DNA of 64,000 bases from Candidatus Kerfeldbacteria bacterium (lineage in GTDB: Bacteria > Patescibacteriota > Patescibacteriia > UBA9570 > XYC2-FULL-38-9), in NCBI GenBank assembly GCA_016182555.1, contig JACPGJ010000008.1, positions 299,147-363,146 of the forward strand, in the 5' to 3' direction. Made by a program: the position numbers and the translations under genes. Below, piece after piece: positions 57,297 to 64,000 of this stretch. The stretch's first letter is position 1. Each line of letters begins with the position of its first letter. The notes below the pieces were generated by a model. The model ran no database searches and had not been told where the DNA came from. It saw only the letters and a program-made list of their open reading frames with translations.

Positions 57297-58667
57297 TTAT
57301 TTTTTTAGTTGCTTCTTCAAGAAGTCAATCAACTTCGTTTGGAGAATGGTTTCCTGCGAACCATTTTCCATGTCGCGCGCAATAATGGTGTTATCAATCA
57401 TCTCTTTTTGACCGAGAATAAGGGTAATCTTTGCTTGCGATTTGTTGGCAAGCGATAACTGATCAGATAGTCCATTCTTACTAATGTTGGCTGCCACCGC
57501 AATTTCCGCCTGACGCAAATCTTCAAATAATTGCAATGCACGCTTACGAGCTGTTTCCCCAATCTGCGCCAAAAACACATCTGGCGTTGGTGGTTGAGCT
57601 ACTGGCACACCCGCTTCTTTAATCGCCAAAATCACCCGTTCAATGCCCATGGCCATACCGACCGCCGGCGTTTCGCCAGGACCACCTAAATCTTGAATCA
57701 AATAATCATACCGACCACCACCTAATAATGCTGCTGGGCTTGCTTCTTCCTGATCTTTTTGTAAATAGAATTCAAATACGGTATGGGAATAATAATCTAA
57801 CCCCCGTACCAACCGTGGGTGCAAATGGTAGACCACATCGCCTTCATCTAAATATTCCAATACTTTCATAAAATGCTCACGACAGGCTTCACACAAATGA
57901 TCGACAATTTGCGGTGCTTCAGCAGCAATAGCCTGACACGCTTCTTCTTTACAATCGAGGACACGCAACGGATTTTTCAATAATCGATTTTTACAATCTT
58001 CACACAAATTTTTCTTGTGGGTTTTAAAATATTCTTTCAATACCGCAATATAGGCTGGTCGGCATTCGCGACATCCAATGGAATTCACACGTGCCATAAC
58101 CTCTAACCCTAAATCACCCAACAAATGACTGCCTAATGAAATCAATTCCGCGTCAATGGCTGGTTGGTGAGAACCGATAATTTCCCAATCCACTTGGTGC
58201 AATTGACGATATCTGCCTGCTTGTGGGCGGTCATACCGAAACAGTGGCCCGTCTGTCCACAGCTTCACTGGCTGCGGGATATTCTTCATACCGTGCTCAA
58301 TAAACGCGCGGCAAATACCCGCAGTAAATTCCGGGCGCAGCGCCACATGGTCTCCACCAGGAGTTTCAAAATCATACATTTCCTTAGACACAATATCAGA
58401 AGATTCACCTACCGTACGGGCAAAAAGTTGATATTCTTCTAAGACCGGTACCTCGATACGCTGGTAACCATAGGCACGAGATGCTTGCTGCGCAGATTCC
58501 TGCACATATTCCCAATACGGCTGCTCTTGTGGAAGGATGTCTTTCATTCCACGAAGCAGTTGCGGTTTTTTGGAAGATTTTTTTGGAGTCATTTTTTTGA
58601 GTGGTTCATTATCTTTAAGGGAATTCTGGGGCACAGGTTTCTTTTTCATGAATTGCTTGTGAGCCAT
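57297..58667 (-). CDS. hisS: Histidyl-tRNA synthetase with Lys-rich N-extension and Cys-rich insertion
   Basis: Class II motifs (GMKDILP, RYDRPQAGRYRQLHQVD, GGGRYD), anticodon-binding C-term; insertion with CRECR...CEDC...C...CEAC. Confidence 0.9.
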   Translation of the reverse strand: MAHKQFMKKKPVPQNSLKDNEPLKKMTPKKSSKKPQLLRGMKDILPQEQPYWEYVQESAQQASRAYGYQRIEVPVLEEYQLFARTVGESSDIVSKEMYDFETPGGDHVALRPEFTAGICRAFIEHGMKNIPQPVKLWTDGPLFRYDRPQAGRYRQLHQVDWEIIGSHQPAIDAELISLGSHLLGDLGLEVMARVNSIGCRECRPAYIAVLKEYFKTHKKNLCEDCKNRLLKNPLRVLDCKEEACQAIAAEAPQIVDHLCEACREHFMKVLEYLDEGDVVYHLHPRLVRGLDYYSHTVFEFYLQKDQEEASPAALLGGGRYDYLIQDLGGPGETPAVGMAMGIERVILAIKEAGVPVAQPPTPDVFLAQIGETARKRALQLFEDLRQAEIAVAANISKNGLSDQLSLANKSQAKITLILGQKEMIDNTIIARDMENGSQETILQTKLIDFLKKQLKK

Positions 58668-58669
58668 AA

Positions 58670-59233
58670 TTATTTATATTCTACTTGTGAAAAATGATCA
58701 ACCTTATTTGGCGGCCAAGCACGTAACCAGGTACGACCGATAATGGAATCGCCGCTGATGGAACCAAAACGACGAGAATCGAGACTTTCATTTCGGTTGT
58801 CCCCCATCACGTAATATTGATTTTCACCGAGGGTTTCTTTTTTATTTCCGAATGTGTCTACCGTATCAGCTAAATATGCGGATTCATCGATTTCTTGTCC
58901 ATTAATATAGACATGCCGATTTTTGACTTCAATAGTTTCGCCTGGCAAGCCAATAACCCGTTTAATAAAGAACTGTGATGGATCGGTAGGGTTATGGAGC
59001 ACAACCACATCGCCTCGGTAGGGTTCATGAAAGCGATAACTGAGCTCATCAATAATTAAATACTGATTTTCATGAAAATTTGGCTCCATTGATGCGCCTT
59101 TCACATAGAATGGCTGAATCAAAAAATAGCGAACCGGAATAATAATCGCTAATGAAATAACAACAACTTTAATGACTTCCCACGTAAACTCCTTGGCGTT
59201 TTCTAAACGCTCTTTTTTTTCTTCTTCTTTCAT
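58670..59233 (-). CDS. lepB: Signal peptidase I
   Basis: GASMEPNF (Ser nucleophile box), KRVIGLPGE (Lys box), GDNRNESLDSR. Confidence 0.92.
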   Translation of the reverse strand: MKEEEKKERLENAKEFTWEVIKVVVISLAIIIPVRYFLIQPFYVKGASMEPNFHENQYLIIDELSYRFHEPYRGDVVVLHNPTDPSQFFIKRVIGLPGETIEVKNRHVYINGQEIDESAYLADTVDTFGNKKETLGENQYYVMGDNRNESLDSRRFGSISGDSIIGRTWLRAWPPNKVDHFSQVEYK

Positions 59234-59284
59234 GAAATCGACGTTACTAAATGAACTGCGCTAGTATACCACAGGATACAAATA

Positions 59285-59322
59285 AATCAAAGCGCGCCAG
59301 CACAGAAATGGTGTGGCGCGCC
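59285..59322 (-). terminator. Intrinsic terminator after the 1194-aa surface-protein gene (minus strand)
   Basis: 8-bp GC-rich stem gcgcgcca/tggcgcgc with 14-nt loop, T-rich tract (TTTGATTTATTTG) following on minus strand. Confidence 0.55.
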
Positions 59323-59347
59323 AAAAACTATTGTACGGAAATGGTAT

Positions 59348-62300
59348 TTACTCTGTCGTCGAAAATGCCTGCCATTTGGTAAACGCCGAGCAAGATTTCT
59401 TTTTGCATGCCTTCACGCGTACCTGATAGTTGGTATTTGCAGACAATTTTTTGATCTCTTTTTGAGTTTTCTTCACTGTGGTATATTTCGTCCACTGTTT
59501 CTGTTTTTTTACACCGTTTGGCCGTACCTGCACCACATATCGGGTAATTTTTTTCTTGCCCTGTGGTTTCTTCCATGTAGCAAGTGCAGATTCATCGGTG
59601 ATATTCTTCACCCGTAAGTGACGCGGTTTATTGATCTTTACTCCAGCGGCAGTTTTTAATTGATTGTTGTACACAATACCCACTTGGGAAAAATGCTGCA
59701 AAGTGAACGTAATGGAGCCCTGGGTTTCATCACCTTCAATGAGGTCTTGTGATGCATTGTCCACATCTTGCCACGCACCAAGTTCCTCGTCCCAATATTT
59801 TGGCACCAGAATAGATTGATCCGTAATACCCAACCGTTCTAACGAATCTTTTGTATAATTCAGTGTCAACGTGATCGCCGAATTGAAATCTCCGGAGATC
59901 AATACACCGTCGGCATCATAAACTTCCAATTGACGTGCCGGACCAAATGGTGAATCAAAGGATGTTTTAATGGCGTTCAATTCCGGTTCAATGGTAATAG
60001 TGACGTTGCCGGAGTTCTGAATTGCTCCAGCGGGTATATCGAGCTGGAATCCACCATCGTCAAGGACAATCGTTTTTGCTTGCGACGAGTCGAATGTTTC
60101 GGTTACTGAATCTGGAATTTCAAATACCGATTCACCCAAAGTAACATTTTTCGTAATATTGTCATCATTTTTCCCCACATTCACCTCCACATCATCCTGC
60201 GTATTGTACCATACACGCTCACCATTATCATTCACGATTTCCGTGCTGCACCACAGGTGCCAAGTGCCTTCCAACGCATTAAGAGAAAATTCATTATCGA
60301 AACTTTCATCCCAGGCACTATACCCTTCTTCTGCCCATGCACCGCACCAGAGACGATCCACATCTTCTGCGGCCAGGCCAGATGCTTCAGAGAATTTCGC
60401 CTTTCCGGTAATCGTTGCGGTAGCTTCACGAAATGTAAAGTTCAGTGTTTGGTCACTCGATTTTTTGGTAATTTTCACACGCTGGGATTCCGGGCCAATC
60501 AGGTTGGAATAATCGGAATGTACGCCAACCCAACATTCATATTCGTGGCCAGTGACGAGCCCCACAACCGCCACACCGTCTTGGCCAGACTGTGAACCAT
60601 TTTCAATCACGCGTCCGGCATCAAAATCTCCCTTAGCACTATCTTCCAATTCCGGCCAGTTGCCACAACCTACCCAGGCATTTGCAACCGGGTCTCCATT
60701 ATTATCTTCCAAAAATGCGGTCACCGAACCACTCACTTTCTGAACGGTAATCGTTTTCGTTTTCGTTTCTCCTTCGGCAATGGTCACATCTTTTTCCTGT
60801 GCCCAACTGGCGATATAGTCATTGCGATCTTCAAACCACACACCCACACGATAGCTTCCTGGCGCAACGCGCAATGTTCCCACGCCGCCTTCTGGGCGCG
60901 TATCCGACCACCCACCATCTTCACTATTGGCGTAGATTTGTGCGTTATCGGAATCAATGAATTCATTATCCGTATCTTTAATATTCACCGTGATCGTTGC
61001 TGAACGTTCGACTAACGTGAATTCTAACGCCACATCTTCACCATCCGTAAATTCTTGCTGCTGTTCTCCAATGGCTTGATAATTTTGATCGTTAATCCAG
61101 ACATTGCAAAAATATTCCCCTCCAATAGCACCAAAACTACCGGTACCATATTCCACAGAGCCGCCAAAACCATAGCCTTCATTACTCCAACAGTTTGCCC
61201 AGCCGTTTACTGCTGCCACACTTCCATCTTCAGCAAGCGTCGTCACATTGACCGTCAGTGTCGTTGCTGTCAGCGTAAAGGTCAACGAACCGGTATCACC
61301 AGATTCAACGGTCACCTTCTCTTCCGGGCCCGCATAAATATATTGAGTCGTGCTCCACGTAGATGGACGAATGGTCCAATCTCCCTCATATAAATACAAA
61401 ACCGCTTCTCCGTTTTCGTCAGTTTGCGCATTATTCCACCCACCTTCTTGCTGCCAAGCGTCTACATACAAATCAGGAACAGGGTTGCCATTGTCATCCA
61501 ACAATGTAACGGTATATACCACATCGCGTTCTTTTAATGCAATGGTGCCAAGGTCTAGATCCTCATCCGCTTGTACCGTGACTGTTGCTGCATCCCAATA
61601 GGTGTGCTCTTCTGCATTATTTGAATTATATTGAACAAAATAGGTCGTACTGCCTATAGAGCGTGCGCGCAACGAAGTGGATTGAATATCAGAAGAATTG
61701 CCTCCTACAACGGCGATAGAAAAAGTGCCATCTTCAGCATTTACATTTCCACCAAACCAATATTGGTCATTCCACATTGATACCCAACCAGAAGCCGGAA
61801 ATGAACCATCCGGATTTGTAAACACGGCGGTGACGGTTGCATCTGCGCGCTGTACTTCAAAATCAAGTGTTTCAGATTCTTCGGAAGAATCATCGGCAAA
61901 CGACACATGCTGACAATTATTACCATTGGGCATATACCAATCTTTCTCAACACGGTCGCCATTTTCATCGTATTTATCACCTAAACAAATATCATATTCG
62001 CCTCCAGAAATAGCCATTGAATATACACCATTTTCATCAACGTCCGCGCTACTCCATGAACCCGTACCGTTGGCGTTCACAGAAACAGCGGTGACCGGAT
62101 CACCAGTATCGGCATACGTAATCGTTCCATTCACGATTTTACTTGCTTCCTCAACCATAATATCTTGGTTCACGGTTGAGCCGGAATAGGTAAAGGATAC
62201 AGAAGTGTTAAATAAACCAGTGGAAGTATCCGGGTAAACTTGAATATTCACCGTATCCCCAGAGTCAAACCCAGGATTTTGAACAGTATAATATCCCCAT

Positions 62301-62932
62301 TCATCGCTATTAAACCAGGCATAGAGCGACCAATCCTCATTATACACATTGCCATATAACTGCACTGGGTTGCTATCTGGATCCGTCAGTGTCCCATACG
62401 CCAAAGGAGTGCCAAGAATAAATGGATCACTCACGGTGGATATGTTGTCACCGTCTGACACTGAAGACATATCCGTTCGAGATGCTCGAATAGCGAACCG
62501 ATAGCCGCCCACATCCGATGGGTTCACCACATTATTGAGTGTCGTGGTATATGTACCCGCAGGAAGATCGCTCGTATTGGAAAAATCAAAAATAAAGGAA
62601 TTATCGCTAGCAACAATATCTCCATCAATGCCTGTCAACGTGCTATTGCTGAAATCACCCTGGCAAGCGGTATAATCAGCCATACAATTCGTAGGCGAAA
62701 ATTCAATATTAAAACCCGTGAGCGCATCTATAACTGCTGCTGTTGTAAAACTCACGCTGTAATTGGTGGTCGCTCCAGGGGTAAGCGATTCTGGCGTGAC
62801 CGAGATGCTCGTAATCGTTTCGTCTGGTATTGTTGTTGCGTACGTTGGTGTGGTGGTGGCCATACCAAATAGAACGAATGAGGCGAGTGTGATGCTTTGA
62901 ATCACTCGCCGCACAAAAAATCTGTTGTTCAT
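59348..62932 (-). CDS. Secreted 1194-aa multidomain surface protein (Ig-like/CarboxypepD_reg-like beta-sandwich repeats) with C-terminal Lys-rich FN3 domain
   Basis: Signal peptide MNNRFFVRRVIQSITLASFVLFGMATTTPTYA; T/S/D/G-rich beta-rich repeats; C-terminal PRHLRVKNITDESALATWKKPQGKKKITRYVVQVRPNG...YQVRVKA (FN3). Confidence 0.65.
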   Translation of the reverse strand: MNNRFFVRRVIQSITLASFVLFGMATTTPTYATTIPDETITSISVTPESLTPGATTNYSVSFTTAAVIDALTGFNIEFSPTNCMADYTACQGDFSNSTLTGIDGDIVASDNSFIFDFSNTSDLPAGTYTTTLNNVVNPSDVGGYRFAIRASRTDMSSVSDGDNISTVSDPFILGTPLAYGTLTDPDSNPVQLYGNVYNEDWSLYAWFNSDEWGYYTVQNPGFDSGDTVNIQVYPDTSTGLFNTSVSFTYSGSTVNQDIMVEEASKIVNGTITYADTGDPVTAVSVNANGTGSWSSADVDENGVYSMAISGGEYDICLGDKYDENGDRVEKDWYMPNGNNCQHVSFADDSSEESETLDFEVQRADATVTAVFTNPDGSFPASGWVSMWNDQYWFGGNVNAEDGTFSIAVVGGNSSDIQSTSLRARSIGSTTYFVQYNSNNAEEHTYWDAATVTVQADEDLDLGTIALKERDVVYTVTLLDDNGNPVPDLYVDAWQQEGGWNNAQTDENGEAVLYLYEGDWTIRPSTWSTTQYIYAGPEEKVTVESGDTGSLTFTLTATTLTVNVTTLAEDGSVAAVNGWANCWSNEGYGFGGSVEYGTGSFGAIGGEYFCNVWINDQNYQAIGEQQQEFTDGEDVALEFTLVERSATITVNIKDTDNEFIDSDNAQIYANSEDGGWSDTRPEGGVGTLRVAPGSYRVGVWFEDRNDYIASWAQEKDVTIAEGETKTKTITVQKVSGSVTAFLEDNNGDPVANAWVGCGNWPELEDSAKGDFDAGRVIENGSQSGQDGVAVVGLVTGHEYECWVGVHSDYSNLIGPESQRVKITKKSSDQTLNFTFREATATITGKAKFSEASGLAAEDVDRLWCGAWAEEGYSAWDESFDNEFSLNALEGTWHLWCSTEIVNDNGERVWYNTQDDVEVNVGKNDDNITKNVTLGESVFEIPDSVTETFDSSQAKTIVLDDGGFQLDIPAGAIQNSGNVTITIEPELNAIKTSFDSPFGPARQLEVYDADGVLISGDFNSAITLTLNYTKDSLERLGITDQSILVPKYWDEELGAWQDVDNASQDLIEGDETQGSITFTLQHFSQVGIVYNNQLKTAAGVKINKPRHLRVKNITDESALATWKKPQGKKKITRYVVQVRPNGVKKQKQWTKYTTVKKTQKEIKKLSANTNYQVRVKACKKKSCSAFTKWQAFSTTE

Positions 62933-63082
62933 AGATTCCTCCTTAATGAATAATTATCTCTAGTATATACCTCAACAACAAAAGTGCAAAGTGTATTCAT
63001 CCACAGCCGCACAGGCGGTCCCTTATACCCTTGCCGTGGAGATACATTCTCAGTATAATGACCGTCGTCTATCAAAAAAAAT

Positions 63083-64000
63083 ATGGCAGAAAATAATTTC
63101 CCCATTGAAGAAGAAAAAAATAATCCATCGCCAGCAATATCGCTTGAGCCGCTCACACCAACGAACGAATCTGAACCCGCGCATGTTGACCTACACCCTG
63201 AACACCGGAAGCGACACCGTGTACGAAATGCGATATCTATTTTGGTTGGATTGATTGGAATTGGTATGATCGCGTTTGGTGCGTATGCCTATTCACTGAC
63301 AAAAAATGAAATTGTTGATAAAGAAAACCAAACGAATTTTTTTGGACAGTTACATCGCATTATTGATAACGACGTAGAACCCTTGCAAGGTGAACAAGAT
63401 GATCGAATAAATATTGCCCTATTTGGTATTGGTGGCGAAGGTCATGAAGGTGGACAACTCACAGACACCATGATGGTCGCTTCTATTAAACCATCTACCC
63501 ACCAAGTGGCGCTCATCTCGATTCCACGTGATTTACAGGTCGCTTTTTATAATGAGAAAGATACGAAAGAACAATACCCTGAATATTATAAAATGAATTC
63601 TGCCCTATTTCGCGGTGGCATTGACTTGGCGATTGATAAAGTAGAAGAGGTCACCGGATTGCCGATGCATTATTATGTGTTGGTCGATTTTGCTGGCTTT
63701 CGAGATTTGATCGATACCGTTGGTGGGTTGGACATTACGATTGACACCAGTTTTAGCGATAGCCAATATCCCAATTATAATTATGGGTATTTGCCCACGT
63801 TGTACTTCAAAGCCGGCCCTGAACAGATGAATGGAGAACGTGCATTGCAATTTTCTCGTTCACGGCATGGCACTAATGGTGAAGGTAGTGACTTCTCTCG
63901 TGCACGCCGACAACAAAAAATATTAGAAGCATTACGTGAAAAAATGCTGTCAACATCGACATTGTTGAACCCAGCAACATTAAGCGGCATATTAAAAGAT
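63083..64000 (+). CDS. LytR-CpsA-Psr (LCP) family cell-envelope phosphotransferase, C-terminally truncated by window edge
   Basis: Manual translation from ATG 63083: acidic N-tail, TM (ISILVGLIGIGMIAFGAYAY), then LCP core INIALFGIGGEG...TDTMMVASI...ISIPRDL...GGIDLAIDKVEEVTGLPMHYYVLVDFAGF. Confidence 0.85.
   Translation, partial: MAENNFPIEEEKNNPSPAISLEPLTPTNESEPAHVDLHPEHRKRHRVRNAISILVGLIGIGMIAFGAYAYSLTKNEIVDKENQTNFFGQLHRIIDNDVEPLQGEQDDRINIALFGIGGEGHEGGQLTDTMMVASIKPSTHQVALISIPRDLQVAFYNEKDTKEQYPEYYKMNSALFRGGIDLAIDKVEEVTGLPMHYYVLVDFAGFRDLIDTVGGLDITIDTSFSDSQYPNYNYGYLPTLYFKAGPEQMNGERALQFSRSRHGTNGEGSDFSRARRQQKILEALREKMLSTSTLLNPATLSGILKD

Noticed and set aside
62929-63156. 75-aa minus-strand ORF immediately upstream of the 1194-aa surface-protein gene
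   Set aside because: It has no motif and sits in the divergent promoter region between the surface-protein gene and the LCP gene, so it is most likely a spurious frame.

Overview
The window is a 64 kb stretch of a small-genome bacterium in which almost every gene is on the minus strand. Its content suggests Gram-positive-like envelope biology and would fit a Patescibacteria/CPR-type organism, but that is inference only.

Housekeeping content, reading the minus strand from high to low coordinate:
- an LCP-family gene, partial and on the plus strand;
- a 1194-aa secreted multidomain protein, signal peptidase I, hisS, a HIT-family gene, rpsU and a GatB/YqeY gene;
- a 2240-aa Cys-rich surface protein and two small calcium-repeat membrane proteins;
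- ybeY, dgkA, ftsA, a hicB/hicA toxin-antitoxin pair, ftsZ and an unknown 562-aa protein;
- nrdR, a cob(I)alamin adenosyltransferase and nrdJ, with tandem NrdR boxes;
- a DUF1858 protein, htrA, prfB, a Zn-dependent dehydrogenase (plus strand), glmS, a split comEC, glpX, a BNR-repeat protein and fba;
- two membrane-anchored DsbA-like oxidoreductases, a DoxX/MauE-like protein and trxB;
- a pentose-phosphate block of rpiB, rpe, tal/fsa and a split transketolase;
- a small DUF5678-like protein with a retropepsin-like protease, an alpha/beta hydrolase, lgt, tgt, a GT4 glycosyltransferase, a DUF4012-like protein, murJ, a free-standing LAGLIDADG ORF, lepA and a partial SEDS gene.

Selfish or mobile elements: a 505-aa intein with a LAGLIDADG domain in GlmS, a 371-aa intein with a LAGLIDADG domain at the catalytic Cys of class II RNR, a free-standing HTH+LAGLIDADG ORF in an AT-rich patch abutting lepA, and HicAB between ftsA and ftsZ.

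The best candidates for undescribed biology are:
- the three-gene surface module at 47355..55936, a giant PSI/IPT-repeat protein with a pilin-like double-TM N-terminus plus two Pro-rich bitopic TSP3 calcium-repeat proteins;
- the overlapping DUF5678-like/retropepsin-like pair at 15561..16207;
- the unrecognisable 562-aa cytoplasmic protein at 41542..43230, between nrdR and ftsZ.

No rRNA, tRNA or CRISPR was found.
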